A stretch of 62,743 bases of DNA from an uncultured Verrucomicrobiales bacterium (GTDB taxonomy: Bacteria; Pseudomonadota; Alphaproteobacteria; Paracaedibacterales; CAIOTO01): NCBI GenBank assembly GCA_964478775.1, contig CAYZJC010000005.1, forward strand, positions 8,848 to 71,590. Direction: 5' to 3'. The number at the start of each line of letters is the position of its first letter. Within the stretch, counting starts at the first letter, position 1. The translations under genes and the position numbers were made by a program. The notes under the pieces were generated by a model. The model was not told the origin of the DNA. It saw only the letters and a program-made list of their open reading frames with translations, and did not search any database. Below, one piece after another: positions 28,049 to 39,949 of the stretch.

Positions 28049-29410
28049 ATGACAAATCACATTTTTGGAACAGATGGCATTCGCGCCACCGCAAATTCTT
28101 ACCCTATGACTGCCGATATGGTGTTGAAAATCGCATTAGCGACTGGCCATCACTTCGTTGAAAAATGTAAGGGAAAGCGTGCAGGCCACCCCAGGTTCAC
28201 AGTCGTCATTGGAAAAGACACAAGGCTTTCAGGTTACATGGTTGAATCAGCACTGGTATCTGGTTTCGTTTCAATGGGGATAGATGTGATACAATTAGGC
28301 CCTATCCCCACACCAGGCATTGCTATTTTAACACGTTCACTTCGGGCAGACCTTGGGGTGATGATATCCGCATCACATAATCCTTACACAGACAATGGTA
28401 TAAAGTTTTTCCAAAGTGATGGTCAAAAAATTTTACCCGAAGATGAAAAAGCCATTGAGCATTTGACGCATCATCTTCCTGGATTAGTGCCATCGCATCA
28501 ATTAGGGAAAGCCAAGCGCCTTGATGACGCTGTGGGACGTTATATTGAATTTATTAAAGCGACCTTCCCACGGGGGCAAAGGCTAGATGGTCTTAGAATT
28601 GTGCTTGATTGCGCCAACGGCGCAGCCTATAAAGTAGCCCCACGTGTTTTATGGGAACTAGGGGCAGATGTTGTTGCCATAGGCGATGACCCCCAAGGGG
28701 ACAACATTAATGCAAAATGTGGTGCAACCTACCCACAATATTTAGCAGCAAAAGTTTTAGAACACCAAGCCGATATTGGTATCGCTTTAGATGGCGATGC
28801 CGACCGGGTCATTTTATCAGACGAAGAAGGTAACATTATAGATGGTGACCAAGTCATGGCTGCCATTGCACAAAGGTGGCACGCACGTGGTTTACTTCGT
28901 GGTAGTGGGATTGTTGCAACAACGATGTCTAACCTAGGCCTTGAGCGGTTTATGGAAGAAAAAGGCTTAACGCTTTATCGCGCTGCAGTGGGGGACAGAA
29001 ATGTTGCATTAATGATGCAAGAAAAAGGGTGCAACGTTGGCGGCGAACAATCTGGCCATATCTTACTGAGTGATTATTGCACAACAGGTGATGGTATCAT
29101 TGCTGCCCTTCAAATTTTAAGCCTCTTACAAGAACGTGGGCTAAAAGCCAGTGAAGCTTTACAAATCTTCAAGCCTGTTCCACAAAAACTTCAAAACATT
29201 AAGCTTGTTAAACCTATTAATGTAAGCGACCCCAAGCTTGCACGCGCTATAGAAGAAGCAAGGTCACGCTTAGGAAAAGGGGGGCAGATTTTGGTACGCC
29301 CTTCTGGCACTGAACCTTTGGTAAGGCTCATGGTCCAAGGCGACGACGAGGTGCTTCTCACCACTATCTTACATGAACTTGCCGACGTTGTAGAAGGAAT
29401 GCAACAATGA
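28049..29410 (+). CDS. glmM: Phosphoglucosamine mutase
   Basis: IFGTDGIRATAN, active-site SASHNPYTDNGIKFF, DGDADR and GGEQSGH; 453 aa. Confidence 0.95.
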   Translation: MTNHIFGTDGIRATANSYPMTADMVLKIALATGHHFVEKCKGKRAGHPRFTVVIGKDTRLSGYMVESALVSGFVSMGIDVIQLGPIPTPGIAILTRSLRADLGVMISASHNPYTDNGIKFFQSDGQKILPEDEKAIEHLTHHLPGLVPSHQLGKAKRLDDAVGRYIEFIKATFPRGQRLDGLRIVLDCANGAAYKVAPRVLWELGADVVAIGDDPQGDNINAKCGATYPQYLAAKVLEHQADIGIALDGDADRVILSDEEGNIIDGDQVMAAIAQRWHARGLLRGSGIVATTMSNLGLERFMEEKGLTLYRAAVGDRNVALMMQEKGCNVGGEQSGHILLSDYCTTGDGIIAALQILSLLQERGLKASEALQIFKPVPQKLQNIKLVKPINVSDPKLARAIEEARSRLGKGGQILVRPSGTEPLVRLMVQGDDEVLLTTILHELADVVEGMQQ

Positions 29411-29862
29411 ATACCTTAAATTATAATATCTACCTAGCAAGTGACCACGCAGGTGTTGAATTAAAAGAACAGCTTATGCACACGTTAAGTGCTGAAGGTG
29501 TGTCTGCCCATGACCTAGGCCCCACGACGACAAATTCAGTTGACTACCCAGATTATGCACACCGATTATGTCATGCAATAACAGATGAAAAAGACTTTGG
29601 CATTTTAATTTGTGGAAGTGGTATAGGCATGAGTATTGCCGCCAATCGTCACCCCCACATAAGGGCGGCTTTATGCAAAACAGTTGAAGATGCAGCGCTT
29701 TCGCGTCAACACAATAACGCAAATGTTTTATGCCTTGGTGCGCGCGTTACAAACGAAACAGTGGCCCTTCAAATTGTGAAGGCATTCCTTAATACAAAGT
29801 TTGAAGGGGGTAGGCATCAACAACGTGTTGGAAAAATCAACCTTGTTGCGTGTGTTCAATAA
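29407..29862 (+). CDS. rpiB: Ribose-5-phosphate isomerase B
   Basis: 151 aa. LICGSGIGMSIAANR, NANVLCLGARV and GGRHQQRV. The start overlaps the glmM stop in ATGA. Confidence 0.9.
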   Translation: MNTLNYNIYLASDHAGVELKEQLMHTLSAEGVSAHDLGPTTTNSVDYPDYAHRLCHAITDEKDFGILICGSGIGMSIAANRHPHIRAALCKTVEDAALSRQHNNANVLCLGARVTNETVALQIVKAFLNTKFEGGRHQQRVGKINLVACVQ

Positions 29863-29885
29863 TCTTTCATGTGGATTGCTTTATA

Positions 29886-32723
29886 TTAAGCAGCTTTCGC
29901 TTCTTGTTTGAGCTTATCTTGCAAGTCGTATAAGAAATCAAGGGCTTGCTTAGGCGTGAGCGTGTTTAAGTCTAACTGTTGCACTTGTGTTTGCAAAATA
30001 TGAAAGTCATTTGGTGTTTCTACACTTGTCAATTGATCACTGTTTTGTTGCTGCGGCACAAAAGAAATTATATGTGTTGACGGATTCTCATTCAAAGGGT
30101 TCTCATTTAAATGCCCCTCATTCAACAGTGGCTTTCCATTTTCCAAGTCATGCAAAACTTGTTCAGCACGTGTAATAACAGACTTTGGAAGCCCAGCCCT
30201 TGCTGCCACGTAAACTCCATAGGAACGGTCAGCTGACCCTTTTACAACATGATGCAAAAACACGATTTGATCCTTATGTGTTTGCACCTCAACCGTTAAG
30301 CACCCAAGCTGTGGCATAATGGCTGTGCATTGGGTTAGTTCATGATAATGCGTTGCGAAAAGGCCACGACATTGCAAGGTGTTATAAAGATAATCTGTTA
30401 CTGCATATGCGATGGCAAGGCCATCGTACGTGGCGGTTCCTCTTCCAATTTCATCTAATATAACAAAGGAACGACTTGTTGACTGGTTTAAAATGGCGGC
30501 TGTTTCTATCATCTCTACCATAAAGGTTGAACGGCCTGCGGCCAAATCATCGAACGCACCTACACGTGAAGAGAGCCTGTCAACATAACCAATATGTGCA
30601 AACTCACACGGTACAAACATCCCCATTTGGGCCATAATCACAATTAAGGCATTTTGTCTAAGGTAAGTACTTTTCCCGCCCATGTTAGGCCCTGTCATTA
30701 ACCAAAAACGTTTGTCTTGGCAAATTTCACAGTCATTCGCAGCAAAGGGTGTGCCGCTTGATTTAAGAACATGTTCCACAACAAGATGGCGCCCCCCTTT
30801 AATAATAAGGTTATGCGAATCATCCACAATGGGTTTGCTTAAATTTTCATCACGTGCCAAGGTCGCATGACTTGCCACAACGTCAATACTTGCAATGGTA
30901 TGAAACACTTCCTTTAACATCCCAATCTCACTTAAGACAACTTGTAAAAGACTGTCATACAACGCTAGTTCTCTTTGTAATGAAGCTTCGTAAGCGCTTG
31001 ATAATTCTTTTTCAAGTTCTGCTAGTTCCACGGTGGTATAGCGATGTGACGTTGACAAATTTTGTCTGTGAATAAATGTTTCCGGCACTTTGCTTGTGTG
31101 ACTTGGGCTAACATCTATATGGTAACCTAACACATGGTTGTGGCGAATTTTAAGATTCGTTATTGTGGTTTCTTGGGCATACCTGCTTTGTAAATCCTCA
31201 ATCAGGGTTTTGCTATTCGTTTGTAGATGACGCAGCCTGTCAAGTTCACTGTCATACCCAGCGGCGATAAAGTTGCCGTCTCGTGCAAACATAGGAAGGG
31301 TGCCTTCCTTCAGCACAAGGCTTAAATGTCGACAAAGTTCTTGTGCGTTTTCAAGCCTGCTTTGCCATGTGGTAAGGGCAATATGCCCTGAATGCGCTGT
31401 GTCATGACTTGTATCATGCTGCTGGGCGATGTGTTCCTGTAAGGTATGTGCCATCTGTAGCGCACTTTGAAGGGCTGCTAAAATTAACCCTAAGTCACGT
31501 GGACCACCGCGTTGCATCATGAGACGATTAAGGGCCCTTTCACCATCTGGGCATTGCTGTAAAGCTGTTCTTAAGTGTTTGCAAAATTCACGTTCATTTA
31601 CAAAAAGTTCAACAAGGGCTAAACGCTTTTGAATGTTATGGATATCAAGTAAGGGGGCCGCTAAATGGTTCATCAATAAACGCCCACCAAGGGGTGTTAA
31701 GGTGCTATCGATATGGTATAAAAATGCCCCTTTCATATCACCCGATTGTGTGTGGGTAAGCTCAAGGCTTTTTCGTGTAGCAGGGTCAATTTGCAAACTC
31801 GATGCGTGACTGAGGACTTTTGGAAAGTCAAGCTTGGGTAAAGTTTCTTTTTGGGTAATGCACACATAATCTAAGATCACCCCTGCTGCCATAATACATT
31901 CCGTTGGTAAGTTGCCAAAGGCCTCTAGGGTCTGTGTGTTATAAAAGGCCAGCAAGCGTTCATGTGCATTTTTCACATTAAAGCGCACCTTTGGAAGGGG
32001 GGAACATATCTTAATGAAGGTTTCTAAAATAGGGCGCATGTCATGTGTGTCTGCACTAAGATACGTGTCAGGCACCACAATTTCTGCCGCCCATAGCCGT
32101 GCCAATGCGGAAGGTAATTCTTGTAAACTTAAAGATTCGATTTGAAAATGCCCAGTTGAAATGTCAATAGCTGCAAGGCCAAAACGCGCCTCTTCATTGT
32201 GAGGCTGACCTTGACCATAAGCACAAGGCAAAGAAATAGCCGCTAAAAAGTTATTGCGGGCTTGGGGAAGTAAATTTTCTTCAAATACCGTGCCTGGTGT
32301 GATAATGCGCACAACATCACGGCGAAGAGGGCCCTTAGCGCCCCTACTTTTTGCTTCTTGCGGTGATTCCATTTGTTCACAAATCGCGATACGATGGCCA
32401 CGCGTAATGAGTTTTGCCAAATAGCTTTCCACACTGTGAAAGGGAACCCCGCACATAGGAATATCTTCCCCCTCACTTTTGCCACGTTTGGTAAGCGCAA
32501 TGCCAAGTTCACGTGAGGCAACCACAGCGTCATCATGAAAAAGTTCATAAAAATCGCCCATACGGTAAAACAATAGCTCATTGGTGTGTTCATTTTTAAC
32601 ACGCCAATATTGTTCCATCATTGGGGTCATTGCCGCAGGTTCTTTTAAAGGACTGTGAGACATAACAGATGATTCATGTGACTTAGCCTCATTGATGTCT
32701 TTAAGAGGTAGGGTTTTCATCAT
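29886..32723 (-). CDS. mutS: DNA mismatch repair protein MutS
   Basis: [26 protein letters not shown], Walker [10 protein letters not shown], and [12 protein letters not shown]. The true start may be an internal Met (MSHSPLKEP...). Confidence 0.95.
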   Translation of the reverse strand: MMKTLPLKDINEAKSHESSVMSHSPLKEPAAMTPMMEQYWRVKNEHTNELLFYRMGDFYELFHDDAVVASRELGIALTKRGKSEGEDIPMCGVPFHSVESYLAKLITRGHRIAICEQMESPQEAKSRGAKGPLRRDVVRIITPGTVFEENLLPQARNNFLAAISLPCAYGQGQPHNEEARFGLAAIDISTGHFQIESLSLQELPSALARLWAAEIVVPDTYLSADTHDMRPILETFIKICSPLPKVRFNVKNAHERLLAFYNTQTLEAFGNLPTECIMAAGVILDYVCITQKETLPKLDFPKVLSHASSLQIDPATRKSLELTHTQSGDMKGAFLYHIDSTLTPLGGRLLMNHLAAPLLDIHNIQKRLALVELFVNEREFCKHLRTALQQCPDGERALNRLMMQRGGPRDLGLILAALQSALQMAHTLQEHIAQQHDTSHDTAHSGHIALTTWQSRLENAQELCRHLSLVLKEGTLPMFARDGNFIAAGYDSELDRLRHLQTNSKTLIEDLQSRYAQETTITNLKIRHNHVLGYHIDVSPSHTSKVPETFIHRQNLSTSHRYTTVELAELEKELSSAYEASLQRELALYDSLLQVVLSEIGMLKEVFHTIASIDVVASHATLARDENLSKPIVDDSHNLIIKGGRHLVVEHVLKSSGTPFAANDCEICQDKRFWLMTGPNMGGKSTYLRQNALIVIMAQMGMFVPCEFAHIGYVDRLSSRVGAFDDLAAGRSTFMVEMIETAAILNQSTSRSFVILDEIGRGTATYDGLAIAYAVTDYLYNTLQCRGLFATHYHELTQCTAIMPQLGCLTVEVQTHKDQIVFLHHVVKGSADRSYGVYVAARAGLPKSVITRAEQVLHDLENGKPLLNEGHLNENPLNENPSTHIISFVPQQQNSDQLTSVETPNDFHILQTQVQQLDLNTLTPKQALDFLYDLQDKLKQEAKAA

Positions 32724-33021
32724 CTGTTTGTTTCCTTAACATATATAAATTAAGTTTAAAGTATAAGTTGTTTGTTTTTAATTTTGGCTTCGTGCAGTTG
32801 CACTTAAAGTCAAGCATGACGTTATGCTTAAGTCCCACCTTATCGTAGCTCTCTTTTTTTTTCAATGTGTTTTGTGTTATGAATTGTCGCAACGTAACTT
32901 ATTTTTTTAAAATTAACGATTAGTTAATTAATTTGGTCTATATTTTGCGTATGAGGCTTTTAATGTATATGCTTTATCTGTATTGGTTTTGCTGCATAAT
33001 ATAAAAATCGGAGTTCTGTTA

Positions 33022-34050
33022 ATGTTAAAATTTATATTTGTGTTTTGTGCGTGTTCATTTTTGCACATTAGCTATTTATTTGCGAGTGTTGCTATTCAAG
33101 GAACGGTTTCTTGCAACATAAAGGGGGAAAGTGCAGATCAAAAAGCTAAGTCTTGTGAAATGTCATCTGCTGCTAATGTTGGCCAATATATTATGGCTGG
33201 AAATGACAAAGACGACAGTTCGTTTTATATGTATAAGATAGAAGACTTTAAGTCAGAAGATGGCCCAGCGAATACGTTTATGAATTACCGTTTGCCTGTA
33301 GCAGATGACTTACAAATTAAAAAAAATGAATCTATCACTATGTTTAAAGACTGGGTGCTGGCCTTTTCGGCTTTTGATAGAACAACAAAACCTGAATATA
33401 CCAAAGCTATTGCCTTTAAGCCTGACCATGCCTCAAAGACCATGCAAAATGGCCACGTCATTGCAGATAGAAAATTGATGGATAAAGTCTTAGCTTTACT
33501 TCAAGTAGATTTTACGAAAAAGCTAGGTTATGTCGCAATTGAAAGTGCCGTCGTTGTAAAAGACCCAGCTCATGCTGATAAGCATCTGTTATTGATGGGG
33601 GTTAGAACCACAGGTGAAACATACCAAGACCCAGAACTTTCTTATTTGGTGAAAATTATTTCATTTCCTATTAAAGAAGAAGGTGGAAAAGTTGTCATTG
33701 ATATTGAGCAAGCAAAGGTTGCATACAACAGCACAAAGTATGAGAAGTTTGGAATGTCTGATTTAGCCTATTCAGCCAAAGACGATATGTTGTATATGCT
33801 CTTGTCCTTTGAAAAGGATGATAAGTTTAATGGCAAATTATTAAAAATACAGATGGAAGATTTTTGGGAAAATGAAGAGGCTACCCTTGTTGATGATGCG
33901 TTATTTAATGAACATAAAACAGAAGGCTTAACTATTTTGGATGATGGGAAAATCTTTGTTCTGTGTGATGATGACCGCGGTCTTACCCCAATTACTAGTG
34001 AGAAAAATCGAGATTTAAGTCAGGCGCGCTTTTGGATTCTCAATAATTAA
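33022..34050 (+). CDS. Secreted hypothetical protein (342 aa)
   Basis: The ATG at 33022 is preceded by GGAG; the ORF-track start is an upstream TTG. The signal is [21 protein letters not shown]|SVA. The C-terminal ...[23 protein letters not shown] is faintly reminiscent of DUF3616/propeller-like proteins, which I could not verify. Confidence 0.45.
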   Translation: MLKFIFVFCACSFLHISYLFASVAIQGTVSCNIKGESADQKAKSCEMSSAANVGQYIMAGNDKDDSSFYMYKIEDFKSEDGPANTFMNYRLPVADDLQIKKNESITMFKDWVLAFSAFDRTTKPEYTKAIAFKPDHASKTMQNGHVIADRKLMDKVLALLQVDFTKKLGYVAIESAVVVKDPAHADKHLLLMGVRTTGETYQDPELSYLVKIISFPIKEEGGKVVIDIEQAKVAYNSTKYEKFGMSDLAYSAKDDMLYMLLSFEKDDKFNGKLLKIQMEDFWENEEATLVDDALFNEHKTEGLTILDDGKIFVLCDDDRGLTPITSEKNRDLSQARFWILNN

Positions 34051-34070
34051 CGACAGGGAAGATTGATCTT

Positions 34071-35375
34071 ATGGAACACAAGCCAATACATGACTTTAAA
34101 GTTGCCAATATGAACCTTGCTGAACTTGGAAGAAAAGCCATTTCTTTAGCTGAAACAGAAATGCCAGGCCTTATGGCGCTGCGTGAACGTTGGGGGGCTG
34201 AAAAGCCATTAGCAGGTGCTAGAATTTGTGGTTGCCTACATATGACAACGCAAACAGCCGTTCTAATTGAAACCTTAATTGTGTTAGGGGCCAGTGTTCG
34301 CTGGAGTTCCTGTAATGTGTTTTCAACAGAAGACGAAGCTGCTGCGGCCATTGCTGCAGCCGGCATACCTGTGTTCGCCTGGAAAGGTGAAAACGAAGAA
34401 GACTATTGGTGGTGCATTGAACAAACCTTAAGCGCGAGCGATGGCTGGACGCCTAATATGTTACTTGATGATGGTGGTGACCTTACCCAGTATATTTTGG
34501 AAAAAAGACCAGATATCGCGCAACATATTATTGGTGTGAGTGAAGAAACCACAACAGGTGTGCACCGTTTATATGGGTTTGAACAAGAAGGCAAATTATT
34601 ATTTCCTGCTGTCAATGTGAATGATTCTGTCACAAAGTCTAAGTTTGATAATTTGTATGGCTGCCGCGAGAGCTTGCTGGATGGGATTAAGCGCGCAACG
34701 GATGTGATGATCGCTGGAAAACTTGCGGTGGTACTAGGTTATGGTGACGTTGGCAAAGGTTGTGCGGCAAGTTTACGAGGGATGGGTGCAAGAGTTGTTG
34801 TAACCGAAATTGACCCTATTTGTGCATTACAAGCCTCTATGGAAGGTTATCAAGTTGTAACCTTGGATGATGTCGTTAGTCAAGCAGATATTTTTATAAC
34901 AGCAACAGGCAATTGTGATATTGTGCGTCATGAACATATGTTACAGATGAAAGATAGAGCTATTTTAGGAAACATTGGCCACTTTGATTCTGAAATTGAG
35001 GTGGCAAGTTTGCGTCAATACCCATGGGTGAATATAAAACCACAGGTCGATGAAGTGCATCTACCTCATGGCAATAGATTAGTATTATTGGCCGAGGGGC
35101 GTTTGCTTAATCTCGGGTGCGCAACTGGTCATTCCAGCTTTGTAATGAGCATGTCATTTACGAACCAGGTATTGGCCCAAATTGACTTATTTACCAGACG
35201 TGACGCTTATGCGCAAAAGAAGGTGTATAGACTTCCTCAAACGTTAGATGAATATGTGGCAAGACTCCATTTGCCAAAGCTAGGTGTCAAACTCACAACG
35301 CTGACACAAAAACAAGCACAGTATCTTGGTGTGTCCGTAGAAGGGCCATTTAAGTCTGAGCATTACAGATATTAA
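34071..35375 (+). CDS. ahcY: Adenosylhomocysteinase
   Basis: [31 protein letters not shown], the NAD-binding motif [10 protein letters not shown], and the C-terminus [10 protein letters not shown]; 434 aa. Confidence 0.95.
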   Translation: MEHKPIHDFKVANMNLAELGRKAISLAETEMPGLMALRERWGAEKPLAGARICGCLHMTTQTAVLIETLIVLGASVRWSSCNVFSTEDEAAAAIAAAGIPVFAWKGENEEDYWWCIEQTLSASDGWTPNMLLDDGGDLTQYILEKRPDIAQHIIGVSEETTTGVHRLYGFEQEGKLLFPAVNVNDSVTKSKFDNLYGCRESLLDGIKRATDVMIAGKLAVVLGYGDVGKGCAASLRGMGARVVVTEIDPICALQASMEGYQVVTLDDVVSQADIFITATGNCDIVRHEHMLQMKDRAILGNIGHFDSEIEVASLRQYPWVNIKPQVDEVHLPHGNRLVLLAEGRLLNLGCATGHSSFVMSMSFTNQVLAQIDLFTRRDAYAQKKVYRLPQTLDEYVARLHLPKLGVKLTTLTQKQAQYLGVSVEGPFKSEHYRY

Positions 35376-35458
35376 ACGGAAATAAACTTGTTCGTGCAAG
35401 TGTAGTATTTTTTAATGTAGATTGTTATTTATAATCTGGTTGAAGCGTCATGTCGGAA

Positions 35459-35494
35459 CTGGTGTAGCAAAACCTACACTTCGCTCCTCATATC
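35459..35494 (+). repeat. Copy A of a ~36-nt hairpin-containing intergenic element
   Basis: ctGGTGTAGcaaaacCTACACTTCGctcctcatatc has 26/36 identity with 41174-41209. The stem gtgtag/ctacac is preserved. Confidence 0.5.
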
Positions 35495-35550
35495 AGTAAC
35501 CAAATTAAATTGCCTTACTTAAGCCATATAGTTTAGCTTTAGCTCTTAAT

Positions 35551-37029
35551 CTAAACATACACTAAAAAAGAAATGACGTGAGAAATCCATTTAATCAATG
35601 GGTTTGGGGCAATGGTGAGCGCAAGCAATATAATCACAAGTAATATAATCATGATCATTTCATTGCGATCAGTGCGTAAAGCTGACAAAACTTTTGCACG
35701 TGGCTCATCTGGGGTATCTATAAACATTGACTTGATTAAAAATAAATAATAGGCAGCCGCCAACACACTATACACAACGCCTATAATCGCAAGGGTGTAA
35801 CGTTCGTGTGATACAGTTGTTTGAAGCAGTAATAACTTTGGCATAAAGCCTGCAAAGGGGGGGATGCCCGCCATTGATAGCACAAAGAAACCAAGGCATG
35901 TTGCCAAGATGGGGTGATTCTTTCCAAGACCCGCGAAATCTTCAATGCGTTGTAATGAAAGCTTTTTATCATTTGTTAAAGTCATGACAATGGCCAAAAA
36001 CCCAATTAGGGCAATGATATAATAGACCAAAAACAGTAAGGTATTCGTATACCCATGTTCGCTTGCAAGACTAAGCCCCATCATCGCAAAACCAATTTGA
36101 CCAATGGAACTATAGGCAATAAATCTTTTAAGGGAACGTTGTGTGAGCGTTGCAATGCCCCCTACCAGCATTGATGAAATCGCAATGATAGCAAGCAATA
36201 GCCACCACTTTGAATGCAAGGCATTAAAAGGCCCTGCCAACAAACGCAGCAATAATGCAAATAATGAAAACTTAGGAACCGTTGCTAAAAATGTAAGGAT
36301 AGGTAACGGAATGCCTTGGTAAACATCTGGAGCCCAATTGTGAAAAGGTGCCCCTGCCACCTTAAAGCTAAGCCCAGACAATAACAAAGTGAAACCAAGC
36401 AAAATATAAAAATGGTCTTCTGTGGTTTTGTGACTTACAAACCTTTCAAGGGTTGAAAAGTCTGTTGATCCTGCATAGCCGTAAATCCAAGAAATGCCAT
36501 ACAGCATTAACCCAGAAGCAAGGCCTCCTAAAATAAAGTACTTTAAGCTAGCCTCACTGCTTTCTAAATTTTTACGCTTAAGCGCAAGCAAAACATAAAG
36601 GCTAAGACTTAATAATTCAATGGCCATAAAAACGGTTAAAAAATCATTGGCTGAACACATCAGCATCATGCCCAAGACAGACGACAACACCAGTAAGGGC
36701 AATTCAAATTGGTTTAATTGAAAAGACTCAAATGATTTTTTACACACCGCCAATACATAAACTGCAAATGACAAAAGGCAAGATTTTATAAAAATACTAA
36801 AGGGGTCACTTATAAAAAAGCCATTAAAAATAATTTCGGTCGTTTGTGGTTGCTTTAAAACCAACAGCAAGCTTACCAGAAGTGTTCCTTGACTTAATTG
36901 ATACACTCTTTTAAATGCAATGTCTTTTTTTAAAAAAGTTCCCAATAGTAAAAGAATTAGCAATGCTGATGCAATGAATAATTCAGGCAATGCCTGATAA
37001 ATTGTATTTAATGAGATATGTGCGGACAT
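35551..37029 (-). CDS. nuoN: NADH-quinone oxidoreductase subunit N
   Basis: 492 aa with about 14 TM segments. FKVAGAPFHNWAPDVYQGIPLPILTFLATVPK is the NuoN/ND2 signature. Confidence 0.9.
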   Translation of the reverse strand: MSAHISLNTIYQALPELFIASALLILLLLGTFLKKDIAFKRVYQLSQGTLLVSLLLVLKQPQTTEIIFNGFFISDPFSIFIKSCLLSFAVYVLAVCKKSFESFQLNQFELPLLVLSSVLGMMLMCSANDFLTVFMAIELLSLSLYVLLALKRKNLESSEASLKYFILGGLASGLMLYGISWIYGYAGSTDFSTLERFVSHKTTEDHFYILLGFTLLLSGLSFKVAGAPFHNWAPDVYQGIPLPILTFLATVPKFSLFALLLRLLAGPFNALHSKWWLLLAIIAISSMLVGGIATLTQRSLKRFIAYSSIGQIGFAMMGLSLASEHGYTNTLLFLVYYIIALIGFLAIVMTLTNDKKLSLQRIEDFAGLGKNHPILATCLGFFVLSMAGIPPFAGFMPKLLLLQTTVSHERYTLAIIGVVYSVLAAAYYLFLIKSMFIDTPDEPRAKVLSALRTDRNEMIMIILLVIILLALTIAPNPLIKWISHVISFLVYV

Positions 37030-37135
37030 AAAAAACGCTGTGTACTATAAGTCTTTGTAACTATCATCGTAGAAGCTGCAGGAACAGGATGCAAGTATGA
37101 TGTCGCATCTATAACCATTTGTTTTGAAAATGCGT

Positions 37136-38638
37136 TTATTCTTCTACCCAAGCAACCCCGGGTAATACTTCTTGTAACATATCTTCAAGGTGTGTGCATA
37201 CCGCATGCTGTGCTGGTTCAAAATAACTTTCGTAGCGCGCCACTAAATACGGGGATGTGTTAGACGCACGAAGCAACCACCATCCCCCTTCTAAAGACAA
37301 TCTAATACCGTCAATATCGATAAATTGCATGTTTTGCTTTGCCAAAATGCGTTTCACTTTGGCAATGATTTCAAATTTCTTATCATCAGCGCAAGGAATT
37401 TTAATTTCCTTAGACGGGAAAAATTTGGGAAGCAATGTTAAAAAATGCCCAATGTCATAGCCTTGCGAAGTCAGTTCTAGTAAACGCAGCATAGCGTATA
37501 TACCATCGTCGAAACCAAAATATCTGTCTTTAAAGAAATAATGCCCACTCATTTCGCCGCCAAACAAGACATCATGTTTTGGCATTAAGGACTTAAAGTA
37601 TGAATGTCCTGTTGGGCACATAATAGATTGGCCGCCTGATGCTTCGATGGCTTCAAAAACAAGTTGGCTCGACTTGACATCAGCCATAATGGTTGCCCCT
37701 GAATTGGCGCGCAATATAGAAACCGCAAAGAAAAGGGTGAGCTGGTCACCTGTTATGACATTCCCATGCCTGTCAACCACACCTAAGCGATCACCGTCAC
37801 CATCAAAAGCAATACCAAGGTCTAGCTTTTCACGCTTAACCCTGTCAATAAGTGCTGTTAAGTTTGAAGCAACTGCTGGGTCTGGGTGATGATTTGGAAA
37901 TGTGCCATCAATGTCTTCATACATCAGTTGCACATGTATACGCGAAGGTAAACGCTTGATAAGGTGCGTAATCAAGTCTCCCGTTGCCCCATTTCCACAA
38001 TCAATAGCAATACGAAGTAGTGTGTCTGTAAACTGAATGCCATGTAATAAACGGTTGATATAGGTTGCCATAATGGCAATGTGACCTTCATGAGACGCGT
38101 CATCTTCGGTTATATTATCTGCATCACCTATGATATCTTGTGGTAACTCTATTGGTAAGTTCAAACTTTGAATGTCTTCACCGAAAAATGGCCTGTCTTG
38201 CAGCGTTATTTTAAAACCGTTATCATCTGCAGGGTTGTGTGACCCTGTAATCATGATGCCAGCGTCCATTTGTAGGTGTTGAACGGCGAAATAAAGCATT
38301 GGCGTTGGCCCTAAGCCAATTTCACAGACGTCTAGCCCCATTACTGTAAGGCCGCTAATTAAAGCATCACGCAGAGGTGGTGAGCTTAATCTGCCATCAT
38401 ACCCAATGACAATCGAATTTTTATTGTGTGCACGCATCCACGCCCCAAATTGCTTGCCTAAGGTGTGTGCCATCTCAACACTTAATGTTTTGCCAAACGT
38501 CCCACGAATATCGTAAGCACGCAAAATGGTTGGGTCAAAAAACAAAGGCGGATTACTTTTATTTGAACTTGAATCCGTCTGATGTTTGCCAATTTTGCCT
38601 TCGGTTGGCTTGCTGGGTTGATTGTCCTTTTTTTCCAT
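37136..38638 (-). CDS. Phosphomannomutase/phosphoglucomutase (alpha-D-phosphohexomutase)
   Basis: Active-site TGSHNPADDNGFK, metal loop FDGDGDRLG and sugar loop GEMSGH; 500 aa with a ~30-aa S/K/P-rich N-terminal extension. Confidence 0.9.
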   Translation of the reverse strand: MEKKDNQPSKPTEGKIGKHQTDSSSNKSNPPLFFDPTILRAYDIRGTFGKTLSVEMAHTLGKQFGAWMRAHNKNSIVIGYDGRLSSPPLRDALISGLTVMGLDVCEIGLGPTPMLYFAVQHLQMDAGIMITGSHNPADDNGFKITLQDRPFFGEDIQSLNLPIELPQDIIGDADNITEDDASHEGHIAIMATYINRLLHGIQFTDTLLRIAIDCGNGATGDLITHLIKRLPSRIHVQLMYEDIDGTFPNHHPDPAVASNLTALIDRVKREKLDLGIAFDGDGDRLGVVDRHGNVITGDQLTLFFAVSILRANSGATIMADVKSSQLVFEAIEASGGQSIMCPTGHSYFKSLMPKHDVLFGGEMSGHYFFKDRYFGFDDGIYAMLRLLELTSQGYDIGHFLTLLPKFFPSKEIKIPCADDKKFEIIAKVKRILAKQNMQFIDIDGIRLSLEGGWWLLRASNTSPYLVARYESYFEPAQHAVCTHLEDMLQEVLPGVAWVEE

Positions 38639-38918
38639 AAACTCTTAACACGTCCCTTTTACGTAGCAATAATGCCATATTTTCATTTATATAACACTTC
38701 ATTAAAGGTGAATGATGGTCATTTATCCACTATAGACGATTCGACAATCAATACCAATATACAATTAACGCTGCAGAACCACTGCACTAAAATTTTAATA
38801 ATTCAAAAAAATGAAAGCTGCAATGCACATAATTATTAACAAATAGAAAATATTAACCTTTTGTTAATAGTTAGGTAATAGTATTGTATAGTCAAATATA
38901 AAGAGTGAGGATTATTTA

Positions 38919-39746
38919 ATGTTTATCTTAAATAAGAATGTATTTATTAATGTGTGTTTTTTGTGTTGCATCTGCGTCACTGAAACGATCGCAGAGCCGT
39001 CGCCCCAATTGGTAGAACAAGAAAGGTTAGATACAGCCCTTGTTGTTGCGCTTCATTATTCTGACCAATATGGTGCCATTGAATTATTAGACGCTGGTGC
39101 CAATCCAAATGTTGCTGACAAATCAAACAAATCAGCTTTGTGTATTGCCCTTGTTAAAAAACTAGAAGATGCAGCCATTTTGTTAATTGAAAAAGGGGCT
39201 GACTTAAATGTATGCAGTTGGAATGGGACACCTGCTTTATGGCTGTCTCTGCGGTTTGGCACCCCAAAGGTGGCCCTTTCCATGATTGAACATGGTGCTG
39301 ATCCGAATGCTGTTTATATGTCTGATTCCATATTGTACACCAGCATTCTGCACCAGTGGCCACGTGTGGCGATATCTTTGTTGGAAGCAGGTGCGAACCC
39401 CAATATTGGTGAAGACCCACTTTATATGCATTCTCCTCTTATGATAGCAGGACTATTCCAACAACATGAAGTCATCAAAAAATTAATTGATTGCGGGGCT
39501 AACTTAAATGCCACAACGGCACAGGGCCTTACATTATGGGACATCGTTGATGAACACACAGCAAAATTTATTGTGCGTTATCGTCAAAAGGCAGCGACTA
39601 TGCCCTTTTTAATGGCGCTTCATGGGTCAGGCTACCAAGGGCCACGTAGCTTGACGCCAGATCCAAGCCCACCTCACACAGTTGAAAGCAAAGATGCTGT
39701 GTTGTACTGTAAGGAATTAGTTCGCTACATAGCAAAGTACCTGTGA
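38919..39746 (+). CDS. Ankyrin-repeat protein with N-terminal signal-like sequence (ANK-3)
   Basis: The SD GAGTGAGGA precedes the ATG. The N-terminus is VFINVCFLCCICVTETIA|EPS. ANK repeats include SALCIALVKKLEDAAILLIEKGADLN, GTPALWLSLRFGTPKVALSMIEHGADPN and SPLMIAGLFQQHEVIKKLIDCGANLN. The tail is ...MPFLMALHG...KELVRYIAKYL. Confidence 0.85.
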   Translation: MFILNKNVFINVCFLCCICVTETIAEPSPQLVEQERLDTALVVALHYSDQYGAIELLDAGANPNVADKSNKSALCIALVKKLEDAAILLIEKGADLNVCSWNGTPALWLSLRFGTPKVALSMIEHGADPNAVYMSDSILYTSILHQWPRVAISLLEAGANPNIGEDPLYMHSPLMIAGLFQQHEVIKKLIDCGANLNATTAQGLTLWDIVDEHTAKFIVRYRQKAATMPFLMALHGSGYQGPRSLTPDPSPPHTVESKDAVLYCKELVRYIAKYL

Positions 39747-39949
39747 CAGTCAATAATTGCTTAAAAATGGGTGATTTTAATAATTCATTACCCTTATTGT
39801 TAAGGCTAATTTTAAATAATTACAAACCAATTAAATTGCATTTTTTAGGAAAATGTGTAATCGTTTTGGTATCATGTGCACCTTAGCTTTCAGCAAGTCA
39901 GATGAAATATATCAATATAAGATCAAAATGTTTTAGGAGAATCAATCAT

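Noticed and set aside
32953-32980. Possible XerCD dif site around the central TGTATA (gaggcttttaaTGTATAtgctttatctg)
   Set aside because: It matches only about 6/11 and 3/11 positions of the dif arms as I recall the consensus. That is not convincing.
34040-34366. 108-aa minus-strand ORF
   Set aside because: It is antisense to the highly conserved 5' part of ahcY.
38723-38731. DnaA-box-like TTATCCACT, considered as a hint of a replication origin
   Set aside because: It is a single imperfect box with no cluster and no AT-rich unwinding element context or neighbouring dnaA/dnaN. A second copy, near 570-578, lies inside a coding region.
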